Source: Auanema rhodensis
Taxonomy: Eukaryota; Animalia; Nematoda
Length of the DNA stretch: 64,000 nucleotides
Assembly: GCA_964057225.1 (NCBI GenBank)
Contig: OZ059898.1
Span: 18,662,001 to 18,726,000 of the forward strand
Direction: 5' to 3'
Positions 41,290-57,400 of the stretch are shown here, in pieces; positions within the stretch are counted from its first letter, which is position 1; each line of letters starts with the position of its first letter. The notes beneath the pieces are model-generated. The model worked only from the letters and a program-made list of their open reading frames with translations. It was not told the DNA's origin and did no database searches. The translations under genes and the position numbers were made by a program.

Positions 41290-44200
41290 TGCATGGCAAC
41301 CATGATTTTAAAATTTACGTGTACTTTAATTTATGCTAATTAAGTGTACACATGATGTGCACTTGGTATGTAACTCGCTTCACGTAAAAGATAAAGAGAT
41401 GCGGTTTTCAAAATTAGATTCCCCATATCCATATTAGTCTAAAAACAAATTTTTATTGATATTGGTGCATGGTAACCACGATTTTGAAATTTACGTGAAC
41501 TTTAATTTATGCTAATTAAATGTACACGTGATGTGCACTTGGTATGTAACTCGCTTCACGTGAAAGATAAAGAGATGCGGTTTTCAAAATTAGATTCCCC
41601 ATGTCCATATTAGTCTAAAAACAAATTTTTATTGATATTGGTTCATGGTAACCATGACTTTGAAATTTACGTGAACTTTAATTTATGCTAATTAAGTGTA
41701 CACATGATGTGCACTTGGTATGTAACTCGCTTCACGTCAAAGATAAAGAGATGCGGTTTTCAAAATTAGATTCCCCATGTCCATATTAGTCTAAAAACAA
41801 ATTTTTATTGATATTGGTGCATGGTAACCATGACTTTGAAATTTACGTGAACTTTAATTTATGCTAATTAAGTGTACACGTGATGTGCACTTGGTATGTA
41901 ACTCGCTTCATGTGAAAGATAAAGAGATGCGGTTTTCAAAATTAGATTCCGCATGTCCATATTAGTCTAAAAACAAATTTTTATTGATATTGGTGCATGG
42001 TAACCATGACTTTGAAATTTACGTGAACTTTAATTTATGCTAATTAAGTGTACACGTGATGTGCACTTGGTATGTAACTTGCTTCACGTGAAAGATAAAG
42101 AGATTCGGTTTTCAAAATTAGATTCCCCATGTCCATATTAGTCTAAAAACAAATTTTTATTGATATTGGTGCATGGCAACCATGACTTTAAAATTTACGT
42201 GTACTTTAATTTATGCTAATTAAGTGTACACATGATGTGCACTTGGTATGTAACTCGCTTCACGTGAAAGATAAAGTGATGCGGTTTTCAAAATTAGATT
42301 CCGCATGTCCATATTAGTCTAAAAACAAATTTTTATTGATATTGGTGCATGGCAACCATGACTTTAAAATTTACGTGTACTTTAATTTATGCTAATTAAG
42401 TGTACACATGATGTGCACCTGGTATGTAACTCGCTTCACGTGAAAGATAAAGAGATGCGGTTTTCAAAATTAGATTCCCCATGTCCATATTAGTCTAAAA
42501 ACAAATTTTTATTGATATTGGTGCATGGCAACCATGATTTTAAAATTTACGTGTACTTTAATTTATGCTAATTAAGTGTACACATGATGTGCACTTGGTA
42601 TGTAACTCGCTTCACGTGAAAGATAAAGTGATGCGGTTTTCAAAATTAGATTCCGCATGTCCATATTAGTCTAAAAACAAATTTTTATTGATATTGGTGC
42701 ATGGCAACCATGACTTTAAAATTTACGTGAACTTTAATTTATGCTTATTAAGTGTACACGTGATGTGCACTTGGTATGTAACTCGCTTCACGTGAAAGAT
42801 AAAGGGATGCGGTTTCCAAAATTAGATTCCCCATGTCCATATTAGTCTAAAAACAAATTATTATTGATATTGGTGCATGGTAACCATGACTTTGAAATTT
42901 ACATGAACTTTAATTTATGCTAATTAAGTGTACACATGATGTGCACTTGGTATGTAACTCGCTTCACGTCAAAGATAAAGAGATGCGGTTTTCAAAATTA
43001 GATTCCCCATGTCCATATTAGTCTAAAAACAAATTTTTATTGATATTGGTTCATGGTAACCATGACTTTGAAATTTACGTGAACTTTAATTTATGCTAAT
43101 TAAGTGTACACATGATGTGCACTTGGTATGTAACTCGCTTCACGTCAAAGATAAAGAGATGCGGTTTTCAAAATTAGATTCCCCATGTCCATATTAGTCT
43201 AAAAACAAATTTTTATTGATATTGGTGCATGGTAACCATGACTTTGAAATTTACGTGAACTTTAATTTATGCTAATTAAGTGTACACGTGATGTGCACTT
43301 GGTATGTAACTCGCTTCATGTGAAAGATAAAGAGATGCGGTTTTCAAAATTAGATTCCGCATGTCCATATTAGTCTAAAAACAAATTTTTATTGATATTG
43401 GTGCATGGTAACCATGACTTTGAAATTTACGTGAACTTTAATTTATGCTAATTAAGTGTACACGTGATGTGCACTTGGTATGTAACTTGCTTCACGTGAA
43501 AGATAAAGAGATGCGGTTTTCAAAATTAGATTCCCCATGTCCATAGTAGTCTAAAAACAAATTTTTATTGATATTGGTGCATGGCAACCATGACTTTAAA
43601 ATTTACGTGTACTTTAATTTATGCTAATTAAGTGTACACATGATGTGCACTTGGTATGTAACTCGCTTCACGTGAAAGATAAAGTGATGCGGTTTTCAAA
43701 ATTAGATTCCGCATGTCCATCTTAGTCTAAAAACAAATTTTTATTGATATTGGTGCATGGCAACCATGACTTTAAAATTTACGTGTACTTTAATTTATGC
43801 TAATTAAGTGTACACATGATGTGCACTTGGTATGTAACTCGCTTCACGTGAAAGATAAAGTGATGCGGTTTTCAAAATTAGATTCCGCATGTCCATCTTA
43901 GTCTAAAAACAAATTTTTATTGATATTGGTGCATGGCAACCATGACTTTAAAATTTACGTGTACTTTAATTTATGCTAATTAAGTGTACACATGATGTGC
44001 ACTTGGTATGTAACTCGCTTCACGTGAAAGATAAAGAGATGCGGTTTTCAAAATTAGATTCCCCATGTCCATATTAGTCTAAAAACAAATTTTTATTGAT
44101 ATTGGTGCATGGCAACCATGATTTTAAAATTTACGTGTACTTTAATTTATGCTAATTAAGTGTACACATGATGTGCACTTGGTATGTAACTCGCTTCACG

Positions 44201-47200
44201 TGAAAGATAAAGTGATGCGGTTTTCAAAATTAGATTCCGCATGTCCATATTAGTCTAAAAACAAATTTTTATTGATATTGGTGCATGGCAACCATGACTT
44301 TAAAATTTACGTGTACTTTAATTTATGCTAATTAAGTGTACACTTGATGTGCACTTGGTATGTAACTCGCTTCACGTCAAAGATAAAGAGATGCGGTTTT
44401 CAAAATTAGATTCCCCATGTCCATATTAGTCTAAAAACAAATTTTTATTAATATTGGTGCATGGTAACCATGACTTTGAAATTTACGTGAACTTTAATTT
44501 ATGCTAATTAAGTGTACACATGATGTGCACTTGGTATGTAACTCGCTTCACGTCAAAGATAAAGAGATGCGGTTTTCAAAATTAGATTCCCCATGTCCAT
44601 ATTAGTCTAAAAACAAATTTTTATTAATATTGGTGCATGGTAACCATGACTTTGAAATTTACGTGAACTTTAATTTATGCTTATTAAGTGTACACGTGAT
44701 GTGCACTTGGTATGTAACTCGCTTCACGTGAAAGATAAAGGGATGCGGTTTTCAAAATTAGATTCCCCATGTCCATATTAGTCTAAAAACAAATTATTAT
44801 TGATATTGGTGCATGGTAACCATGACTTTGAAATTTACGTGAACTTTAATTTATGCTAATTAAGTGTACACGTGATGTGCACTTGGTATGTAACTCGCTT
44901 CACGTGAAAGATAAAGAGATGCGGTTTTCAAAATTAGATTCCCCATGTCCATATTAGTCTAAAAACAAATTTTTATTGATATTGGTGCATGGTAACCATG
45001 ACTTTGAAATTTACGTGAACTTTAATTTATGCTAATTAAGTGTACACATGATGTGCACTTGGTATGTAACTCGCTTCACGTCAAAGATAAAGAGATGCGG
45101 TTTTCAAAATTAGATTCCCCATGTCCATATTAGTCTAAAAACAAATTTTTATTGATATTGGTGCATGGTAACCATGACTTTGAAATTTACGTGAACTTTA
45201 ATTTATGCTAATTAAGTGTACACGTGATGTGCACTTGGTATGTAACTCGCTTCATGTGAAAGATAAAGAGATGCGGTTTTCAAAATTAGATTCCGCATGT
45301 CCATATTAGTCTAAAAACAAATTTTTATTGATATTGGTGCATGGTAACCATGACTTTGAAATTTACGTGAACTTTAATTTATGCTAATTAAGTGTACACG
45401 TGATGTGCACTTGGTATGTAACTTGCTTCACGTGAAAGATAAAGAGATGCGGTTTTCAAAATTAGATTCCCCATGTCCATATTAGTCTAAAAACAAATTT
45501 TTATTGATATTGGTGCATGGCAACCATGACTTTAAAATTTACGTGTACTTTAATTTATGCTAATTAAGTGTACACATGATGTGCACTTGGTATGTAACTC
45601 GCTTCACGTGAAAGATAAAGTGATGCGGTTTTCAAAATTAGATTCCGCATGTCCATATTAGTCTAAAAACAAATTTTTATTGATATTGGTGCATGGCAAC
45701 CATGACTTTAAAATTTACGTGTACTTTAATTTATGCTAATTAAGTGTACACATGATGTGCACTTGGTATGTAACTCGCTTCACGTGAAAGATAAAGAGAT
45801 GCGGTTTTCAAAATTAGATTCCCCATGTCCATATTAGTCTAAAAACAAATTTTTATTGATATTGGTGCATGGCAACCATGATTTTAAAATTTACGTGTAC
45901 TTTAATTTATGCTAATTAAGTGTACACATGATGTGCACTTGGTATGTAACTCGCTTCACGTGAAAGATAAAGTGATGCGGTTTTCAAAATTAGATTCCGC
46001 ATGTCCATATTAGTCTAAAAACAAATTTTTATTGATATTGGTGCATGGCAACCATGACTTTGAAATTTACGTGTACTTTAATTTATGCTAATTAAGTGTA
46101 CACATGATGTGCACTTGGTATGTAACTCGCTTCACGTGAAAGATAAAGAGATGCGGTTTTCAAAATTAGATTCCCCATGTCCATATTAGTCTAAAAACAA
46201 ATTTTTATTGATATTGGTGCATGGCAACCATGATTTTAAAATTTACGTGTACTTTAATTTATGCTAATTAAGTGTACACATGATGTGCACTTGGTATGTA
46301 ACTCGCTTCACGTCAAAGATAAAGAGATGCGGTTTTCAAAATTAGATTCCCCATGTCCATATTAGTCTAAAAACAAATTTTTATTAATATTGGTGCATGG
46401 TAACCATGACTTTGAAATTTACGTGAACTTTAATTTATGCTTATTAAGTGTACACGTGATGTGCACTTGGTATGTAACTCGCTTCACGTGAAAGATAAAG
46501 GGATGCGGTTTTCAAAATTAGATTCCCCATGTCCATATTAGTCTAAAAACAAATTATTATTGATATTGGTGCATGGCAACCATGACTTTAAAATCTACGT
46601 GTACTTTAATTTATGCTAATTAAGTGTACACATGATGTGCACTTGGTATGTAACTCGCTTCACGTGAAAGATAAAGGGATGCGGTTTTCAAAATTAGATT
46701 CCCTATGTCCATATTAGTCTAAAAACAAATTATTATTGATATTGGTGCATGGTAACCATGACTTTAAAATTAACGTGAACTTTAATTTATGCTAATTAAG
46801 TGTACACATGATGTGCACTTGGTATGTAACTCGCTTCACGTCAAAGATAAACAGATGCGGTTTTCAAAATTAGATTCCCCATGTCCATATTAGTCTAAAA
46901 ACAAATTTTTATTGATATTGGTGCATGGTAACCATGACTTTGAAGTTTACGTGAACTTTAATTTATGCTAATTAAGTGTACACATGATGTGCACTTGGTA
47001 TGTAACTCGCTTCACGTCAAAGATAAAGAGATGCGGTTTTCAAAATTAGATTTCGCATGTCCATATTAGTCTAAAAACAAATTTTTATTGATATTGGTGC
47101 ATGGTAACCATGACTTTGAAATTTACGTGAACTTTAATTTATGCTAATTAAGTGTACACGTGATGTGCACTTGGTATATAACTCGCTTCACGTGAAAGAT

Positions 47201-50200
47201 GAAGAGATGCGGTTTTCAAAATTAGGTTCCCCATGTCCATATTAGTCTAAAAACAAATTTTTATTGATATTGGTGCATGGTAACCATGACTTTGAAATTT
47301 ACGTGAACTTTAATTTATGCTAATTAAGTGTACACGTAATGTGCACTTGGTATGTAACTCGCTTCACAAGAAAGATAAAGAGATGCGGTTTTCAAAATTA
47401 GATTCCCCATGTCCATATTAGTCTAAAAACAAATTTTTATTGATATTGGTGCATGGTAACCATGACTTTGAAATTTACGTGAACTTTAATTTATGCTAAT
47501 TAAGTGTACACATGATGTGCACTTGGTATGTAACTCGCTTCACGTGAAAGATAAAGGGATGCGGTTTTCAAAATTAGATTCCCTATGTCCATATTAGTCT
47601 AAAAACAAATTATTATTGATATTGGTGCATGGTAACCATGACTTTAAAATTAACGTGAACTTTAATTTATGCTAATTAAGTGTACACATGATGTGCACTT
47701 GGTATGTAACTCGCTTCACGTCAAAGATAAACAGATGCGGTTTTCAAAATTAGATTCCCCATGTCCATATTAGTCTAAAAACAAATTTTTATTGATATTG
47801 GTGCATGGCAACCATGATTTTAAAATTTACGTGTACTTTAATTTATGCTAATTAAGTGTACACATGATGTGCACTTGGTATGTAACTCGCTTCACGTGAA
47901 AGATAAAGAGATGCGGTTTTCAAAATTAGATTCCCCATATCCATATTAGTCTAAAAACAAATTTTTATTGATATTGGTGCATGGTAACCACGATTTTGAA
48001 ATTTACGTGAACTTTAATTTATGCTAATTAAATGTACACGTGATGTGCACTTGGTATGTAACTCGCTTCACGTGAAAGATAAAGAGATGCGGTTTTCAAA
48101 ATTAGATTCCCCATGTCCATATTAGTCTAAAAACAAATTTTTATTGATATTGGTTCATGGTAACCATGACTTTGAAATTTACGTGAACTTTAATTTATGC
48201 TAATTAAGTGTACACATGATGTGCACTTGGTATGTAACTCGCTTCACGTCAAAGATAAAGAGATGCGGTTTTCAAAATTAGATTCCCCATGTCCATGTTA
48301 GTCTAAAAACAAATTTTTATTGATATTGGTGCATGGTAACCATGACTTTGAAATTTACGTGAACTTTAATTTATGCTAATTAAGTGTACACGTGATGTGC
48401 ACTTGGTATGTAACTCGCTTCATGTGAAAGATAAAGAGATGCGGTTTTCAAAATTAGATTCCGCATGTCCATATTAGTCTAAAAACAAATTTTTATTGAT
48501 ATTGGTGCATGGTAACCATGACTTTGAAATTTACGTGAACTTTAATTTATGCTAATTAAGTGTACACGTGATGTGCACTTGGTATGTAACTTGCTTCACG
48601 TGAAAGATAAAGAGATGCGGTTTTCAAAATTAGATTCCCCATGTCCATATTAGTCTAAAAACAAATTTTTATTGATATTGGTGCATGGCAACCATGACTT
48701 TAAAATTTACGTGTACTTTAATTTATGCTAATTAAGTGTACACATGATGTGCACTTGGTATGTAACTCGCTTCACGTGAAAGATAAAGTGATGCGGTTTT
48801 CAAAATTAGATTCCGCATGTCCATATTAGTCTAAAAACAAATTTTTATTGATATTGGTGCATGGCAACCATGACTTTAAAATTTACGTGTACTTTAATTT
48901 ATGCTAATTAAGTGTACACATGATGTGCACCTGGTATGTAACTCGCTTCACGTGAAAGATAAAGTGATGCGGTTTTCAAAATTAGATTCCGCATGTCCAT
49001 ATTAGTCTAAAAACAAATTTTTATTGATATTGGTGCATGGCAACCATGATTTTAAAATTTACGTGTACTTTAATTTATGCTAATTAAGTGTACACATGAT
49101 GTGCACTTGGTATGTAACTCGCTTCACGTGAAAGATAAAGTGATGCGGTTTTCAAAATTAGATTCCGCATGTCCATATTAGTCTAAAAACAAATTTTTAT
49201 TGATATTGGTGCATGGCAACCATGACTTTAAAATTTACGTGAACTTTAATTTATGCTTATTAAGTGTACACGTGATGTGCACTTGGTATGTAACTCGCTT
49301 CACGTGAAAGATAAAGGGATGCGGTTTCCAAAATTAGATTCCCCATGTCCATATTAGTCTAAAAACAAATTATTATTGATATTGGTGCATGGTAACCATG
49401 ACTTTGAAATTTACATGAACTTTAATTTATGCTAATTAAGTGTACACATGATGTGCACTTGGTATGTAACTCGCTTCACGTCAAAGATAAAGAGATGCGG
49501 TTTTCAAAATTAGATTCCCCATGTCCATATTAGTCTAAAAACAAATTTTTATTGATATTGGTTCATGGTAACCATGACTTTGAAATTTACGTGAACTTTA
49601 ATTTATGCTAATTAAGTGTACACATGATGTGCACTTGGTATGTAACTCGCTTCACGTCAAAGATAAAGAGATGCGGTTTTCAAAATTAGATTCCCCATGT
49701 CCATATTAGTCTAAAAACAAATTTTTATTGATATTGGTGCATGGTAACCATGACTTTGAAATTTACGTGAACTTTAATTTATGCTAATTAAGTGTACACG
49801 TGATGTGCACTTGGTATGTAACTCGCTTCATGTGAAAGATAAAGAGATGCGGTTTTCAAAATTAGATTCCGCATGTCCATATTAGTCTAAAAACAAATTT
49901 TTATTGATATTGGTGCATGGTAACCATGACTTTGAAATTTACGTGAACTTTAATTTATGCTAATTAAGTGTACACGTGATGTGCACTTGGTATGTAACTT
50001 GCTTCACGTGAAAGATAAAGAGATGCGGTTTTCAAAATTAGATTCCCCATGTCCATATTAGTCTAAAAATAAATTTTTATTGATATTGGTGCATGGCAAC
50101 CATGACTTTAAAATTTACGTGTACTTTAATTTATGCTAATTAAGTGTACACATGATGTGCACTTGGTATGTAACTCGCTTCACGTGAAAGATAAAGTGAT

Positions 50201-53200
50201 GCGGTTTTCAAAATTAGATTCCGCATGTCCATCTTAGTCTAAAAACAAATTTTTATTGATATTGGTGCATGGCAACCATGACTTTAAAATTTACGTGTAC
50301 TTTAATTTATGCTAATTAAGTGTACACATGATGTGCACTTGGTATGTAACTCGCTTCACGTGAAAGATAAAGAGATGCGGTTTTCAAAATTAGATTCCCC
50401 ATGTCCATATTAGTCTAAAAACAAATTTTTATTGATATTGGTGCATGGCAACCATGATTTTAAAATTTACGTGTACTTTAATTTATGCTAATTAAGTGTA
50501 CACATGATGTGCACTTGGTATGTAACTCGCTTCACGTGAAAGATAAAGTGATGCGGTTTTCAAAATTAGATTCCGCATGTCCATATTAGTCTAAAAACAA
50601 ATTTTTATTGATATTGGTGCATGGCAACCATGACTTTAAAATTTACGTGTACTTTAATTTATGCTAATTAAGTGTACACATGATGTGCACTTGGTATGTA
50701 ACTCGCTTCACGTCAAAGATAAAGAGATGCGGTTTTCAAAATTAGATTCCCCATGTCCATATTAGTCTAAAAACAAATTTTTATCAATATTGGTGCATGG
50801 TAACCATGACTTTGAAATTTACGTGAACTTTAATTTATGCTTATTAAGTGTACACGTGATGTGCACTTGGTATGTAACTCGCTTCACGTGAAAGATAAAG
50901 GGATGCGGTTTTCAAAATTAGATTCCCCATGTCCATATTAGTCTAAAAACAAATTATTATTGATATTGGTGCATGGTAACCATGACTTTGAAATTTACAT
51001 GAACTTTAATTTATGCTAATTAAGTGTACACATGATGTGCACTCGGTATGTAACTCGCTTCACGTCAAAGATAAAGAGATGCGGTTTTCAAAATTAGATT
51101 CCCCATGTCCATATTAGTCTAAAAACAAATTTTTATTAATATTGGTGCATGGTAACCATGACTTTGAAATTTACGTGAACTTTAATTTATGCTAATTAAG
51201 TGTACACATGATGTGCACTTGGTATGTAACTCGCTTCACGTCAAAGATAAAGAGATGCGGTTTTCAAAATTAGATTCCCCATGTCCATATTAGTCTAAAA
51301 ACAAATTTTTATTAATATTGGTGCATGGTAACCATGACTTTGAAATTTACGTGAACTTTAATTTATGCTTATTAAGTGTACACGTGATGTGCACTTGGTA
51401 TGTAACTCGCTTCACGTGAAAGATAAAGGGATGCGGTTTTCAAAATTAGATTCCCCATGTCCATATTAGTCTAAAAACAAATTATTATTGATATTGGTGC
51501 ATGGTAACCATGACTTTGAAATTTACGTGAACTTTAATTTATGCTAATTAAGTGTACACGTGATGTGCACTTGGTATGTAACTCGCTTCACGTGAAAGAT
51601 AAAGAGATGCGGTTTTCAAAATTAGATTCCCCATGTCCATATTAGTCTAAAAACAAATTTTTATTGATATTGGTGCATGGTAACCATGACTTTGAATTTT
51701 ACGTGAACTTTAATTTATGCTAATTAAGTGTACACATGATGTGCACTTGGTATGTAACTCGCTTCACGTCAAAGATAAAGAGATGCGGTTTTCAAAATTA
51801 GATTCCCCATGTCCATATTAGTCTAAAAACAAATTTTTATTGATATTGGTGCATGGTAACCATGACTTTGAAATTTACGTGAACTTTAATTTATGCTAAT
51901 TAAGTGTACACGTGATGTGCACTTGGTATGTAACTCGCTTCATGTGAAAGATAAAGAGATGCGGTTTTCAAAATTAGATTCCGCATGTCCATATTAGTCT
52001 AAAAACAAATTTTTATTGATATTGGTGCATGGTAACCATGACTTTGAAATTTACGTGAACTTTAATTTATGCTAATTAAGTGTACACGTGATGTGCACTT
52101 GGTATGTAACTTGCTTCACGTGAAAGATAAAGAGATGCGGTTTTCAAAATTAGATTCCCCATGTCCATATTAGTCTAAAAACAAATTTTTATTGATATTG
52201 GTGCATGGCAACCATGACTTTAAAATTTACGTGTACTTTAATTTATGCTAATTAAGTGTACACATGATGTGCACTTGGTATGTAACTCGCTTCACGTGAA
52301 AGATAAAGTGATGCGGTTTTCAAAATTAGATTCCGCATGTCCATATTAGTCTAAAAACAAATTTTTATTGATATTGGTGCATGGCAACCATGACTTTAAA
52401 ATTTACGTGTACTTTAATTTATGCTAATTAAGTGTACACATGATGTGCACTTGGTATGTAACTCGCTTCACGTGAAAGATAAAGAGATGCGGTTTTCAAA
52501 ATTAGATTCCCCATGTCCATATTAGTCTAAAAACAAATTTTTATTGATATTGGTGCATGGCAACCATGATTTTAAAATTTACGTGTACTTTAATTTATGC
52601 TAATTAAGTGTACACATGATGTGCACTTGGTATGTAACTCGCTTCACGTGAAAGATAAAGTGATGCGGTTTTCAAAATTAGATTCCGCATGTCCATATTA
52701 GTCTAAAAACAAATTTTTATTGATATTGGTGCATGGCAACCATGACTTTGAAATTTACGTGTACTTTAATTTATGCTAATTAAGTGTACACATGATGTGC
52801 ACTTGGTATGTAACTCGCTTCACGTGAAAGATAAAGAGATGCGGTTTTCAAAATTAGATTCCCCATGTCCATATTAGTCTAAAAACAAATTTTTATTGAT
52901 ATTGGTGCATGGCAACCATGATTTTAAAATTTACGTGTACTTTAATTTATGCTAATTAAGTGTACACATGATGTGCACTTGGTATGTAACTCGCTTCACG
53001 TCAAAGATAAAGAGATGCGGTTTTCAAAATTAGATTCCCCATGTCCATATTAGTCTAAAAACAAATTTTTATTAATATTGGTGCATGGTAACCATGACTT
53101 TGAAATTTACGTGAACTTTAATTTATGCTTATTAAGTGTACACGTGATGTGCACTTGGTATGTAACTCGCTTCACGTGAAAGATAAAGGGATGCGGTTTT

Positions 53201-54470
53201 CAAAATTAGATTCCCCATGTCCATATTAGTCTAAAAACAAATTATTATTGATATTGGTGCATGGCAACCATGACTTTAAAATCTACGTGTACTTTAATTT
53301 ATGCTAATTAAGTGTACACATGATGTGCACTTGGTATGTAACTCGCTTCACGTGAAAGATAAAGGGATGCGGTTTTCAAAATTAGATTCCCTATGTCCAT
53401 ATTAGTCTAAAAACAAATTATTATTGATATTGGTGCATGGTAACCATGACTTTAAAATTAACGTGAACTTTAATTTATGCTAATTAAGTGTACACATGAT
53501 GTGCACTTGGTATGTAACTCGCTTCACGTCAAAGATAAACAGATGCGGTTTTCAAAATTAGATTCCCCATGTCCATATTAGTCTAAAAACAAATTTTTAT
53601 TGATATTGGTGCATGGTAACCATGACTTTGAAGTTTACGTGAACTTTAATTTATGCTAATTAAGTGTACACATGATGTGCACTTGGTATGTAACTCGCTT
53701 CACGTCAAAGATAAAGAGATGCGGTTTTCAAAATTAGATTTCGCATGTCCATATTAGTCTAAAAACAAATTTTTATTGATATTGGTGCATGGTAACCATG
53801 ACTTTGAAATTTACGTGAACTTTAATTTATGCTAATTAAGTGTACACGTGATGTGCACTTGGTATATAACTCGCTTCACGTGAAAGATGAAGAGATGCGG
53901 TTTTCAAAATTAGGTTCCCCATGTCCATATTAGTCTAAAAACAAATTTTTATTGATATTGGTGCATGGTAACCATGACTTTGAAATTTACGTGAACTTTA
54001 ATTTATGCTAATTAAGTGTACACGTGATGTGCACTTGGTATGTAACTCGCTTCACAAGAAAGATAAAGAGATGCGGTTTTCAAAATTAGATTCCCCATGT
54101 CCATATTAGTCTAAAAACAAATTTTTATTGATATTGGTGCATGGTAACCATGACTTTGAAATTTACGTGAACTTTAATTTATGCTAATTAAGTGTACACA
54201 TGATGTGCACTTGGTATGTAACTCGCTTCACGTGAAAGATAAAGGGATGCGGTTTTCAAAATTAGATTCCCTATGTCCATATTAGTCTAAAAACAAATTA
54301 TTATTGATATTGGTGCATGGTAACCATGACTTTAAAATTAACGTGAACTTTAATTTATGCTAATTAAGTGTACACATGATGTGCACTTGGTATGTAACTC
54401 GCTTCACGTCAAAGATAAACAGATGCGGTTTTCAAAATTAGATTCCCCATGTCCATATTAGTCTAAAAAC
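41290..54470 (+). repeat. ~6.5-kb (37-38 monomer) tandem block duplication with junction near 47800
   Basis: Private markers are paired at 6512 bp (37 x 176): CCATATCC 41427/47939, GCACCTGG 42419/48931, GGTTTCCAA 42816/49328, TACATGAA 42903/49415, CCATCTTAG 43721/50233. Distal markers are paired at 6688 bp (38 x 176): CCCTATG 46704/53392, GAAGTTT 46945/53633. Confidence 0.9.
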
Positions 54471-57400
54471 AAATTTTTGTTGATATTGGTGGATGGTAAC
54501 CATGACTTTCAAATTTACGTGAACTTCAATTTATGCTAATTAAGTGTACACGTGATGTGCACTTGGTATGTAACTCGCTTCGCGTCAACGATAAAGAGAT
54601 GCGGTTTTCAAAATTAGATTCCCCATGTCCATATTAGTCTAAAAACAAATTTTTATTAATATTGGTGCATGGTAACCATGACTTTGAAATTTACGTGAAC
54701 TTTAATTTATGCTAATTAAGTGTACACGTGATGTGCACTTGGTATGTAACTCGCTTCATGTGAAAGATAAAGAGATGCGGTTTTCAAAATTAGATTTAGC
54801 ATGTCCATATTAGTCTAAAAACAAATTTTTATTGATATTGGTGCATGGTAACCATGACTTTGAAATTTACGTGAACTTTAATTTATGCTAATTAAGTGTA
54901 CACGTGATGTGCACTTGGTATGTAACTCGCTTCACAAGAAAGATAAAGAGATGCGGTTTTCAAAATTAGATTCCCCATGTCCATATTAGTCTAAAAACAA
55001 ATTTTTATTGATATTGGTGCATGGTAACCATGACTTTGAAATTTACGTGAACTTTAATTTATGCTAATTAAGTGTACACGTGATGTGCACTTGGTATGTA
55101 ACTCGCTTCATGTGAAAGATAAAGAGATGCGGTTTTCAAAATTAGATTCCGCATGTCCATATTAGTCTAAAAACAAATTTTTATTGATATTGGTGCATGG
55201 TAACCATGACTTTGAAGTTTACGTGAACTTTAATTTATGCTAATTAAGTGTACACATGATGTGCACTTGGTATGTAACTCGCTTCACGTCAAAGATAAAG
55301 AGATGCGGTTTTCAAAATTAGATTTCGCATGTCCATATTAGTCTAAAAACAAATTTTTATTGATATTGGTGCATGGTAACCATGACTTTGAAATTTACGT
55401 GAACTTTAATTTATGCTAATTAAGTGTACACGTGATGTGCACTTGGTATATAACTCGCTTCACGTGAAAGATGAAGAGATGCGGTTTTCAAAATTAGGTT
55501 CCCCATGTCCATATTAGTCTAAAAACAAATTTTTATTGATATTGGTGCATGGTAACCATGACTTTGAAATTTACGTGAACTTTAATTTATGCTAATTAAG
55601 TGTACACGTGATGTGCACTTGGTATGTAACTCGCTTCACAAGAAAGATAAAGAGATGCGGTTTTCAAAATTAGATTCCCCATGTCCATATTAGTCTAAAA
55701 ACAAATTTTTATTGATATTGGTGCATGGTAACCATGACTTTGAAATTTACGTGAACTTTAATTTATGCTAATTAAGTGTACACATGATGTGCACTTGGTA
55801 TGTAACTCGCTTCACGTGAAAGATAAAGGGATGCGGTTTTCAAAATTAGATTCCCTATGTCCATACTAGTCTAAAAACAAATTATTATTGATATTGGTGC
55901 ATGGTAACCATGACTTTAAAATTAACGTGAACTTTAATTTATGCTAATTAAGTGTACACATGATGTGCACTTGGTATGTAACTCGCTTCACGTCAAAGAT
56001 AAACAGATGCGGTTTTCAAAATTAGATTCCCCATGTCCATATTAGTCTAAAAACAAATTTTTGTTGATATTGGTGGATGGTAACCATGACTTTCAAATTT
56101 ACGTGAACTTCAATTTATGCTAATTAAGTGTACACGTGATGTGCACTTGGTATGTAACTCGCTTCGCGTCAACGATAAAGAGATGCGGTTTTCAAAATTA
56201 GATTCCCCATGTCCATATTAGTCTAAAAACAAATTTTTATTAATATTGGTGCATGGTAACCATGACTTTGAAATTCACGTGAACTTTAATTTATGCTAAT
56301 TAAGTGTACACGTGATGTGCACTTGGTATGTAACTCGCTTCATGTGAAAGATAAAGAGATGCGGTTTTCAAAATTAGATTTAGCATGTCCATATTAGTCT
56401 AATAACAAATTTTTATTGATATTGGTGCATGGTAACCATGACTTTGAAATTTACGTGAACTTTAATTTATGCTAATTAAGTGTACACGTGATGTGCACTT
56501 GGTATGTAACTCGCTTCACAAGAAAGATAAAGAGATGCGGTTTTCAAAATTAGATTCCCCATGTCCATATTAGTCTAAAAACAAATTTTTATTGATATTG
56601 GTGCATGGTAACCATGACTTTGAAATTTACGTGAACTTTAATTTATGCTAATCAAGTGTACACGTGATGTGCACTTGGTATGTAACTCGCTTCATGTGAA
56701 AGATAAAGAGATGCGGTTTTCAAAATTAGATTCCGCATGTCCATATTAGTCTAAAAACAAATTTTTATTGATATTGGTGCATGGTAACCATGACTTTGAA
56801 GTTTACGTGAACTTTAATTTATGCTAATTAAGTGTACACATGATGTGCACTTGGTATGTAACTCGCTTCACGTCAAAGATAAAGAGATGCGGTTTTCAAA
56901 ATTAGATTTCGCATGTCCATATTAGTCTAAAAACAAATTTTTATTGATATTGGTGCATGGTAACCATGACTTTGAAATTTACGTGAACTTTAATTTATGC
57001 TAATTAAGTGTACACGTGATGTGCACTTGGTATATAACTCGCTTCACGTGAAAGATGAAGAGATGCGGTTTTCAAAATTAGGTTCCCCATGTCCATATTA
57101 GTCTAAAAACAAATTTTTATTGATATTGGTGCATGGTAACCATGACTTTGAAATTTACGTGAACTTTAATTTATGCTAATTAAGTGTACACGTGATGTGC
57201 ACTTGGTATGTAACTCGCTTCACAAGAAAGATAAAGAGATGCGGTTTTCAAAATTAGATTCCCCATGTCCATATTAGTCTAAAAACAAATTTTTATTGAT
57301 ATTGGTGCATGGTAACCATGACTTTGAAATTTACGTGAACTTTAATTTATGCTAATTAAGTGTACACATGATGTGCACTTGGTATGTAACTCGCTTCACG

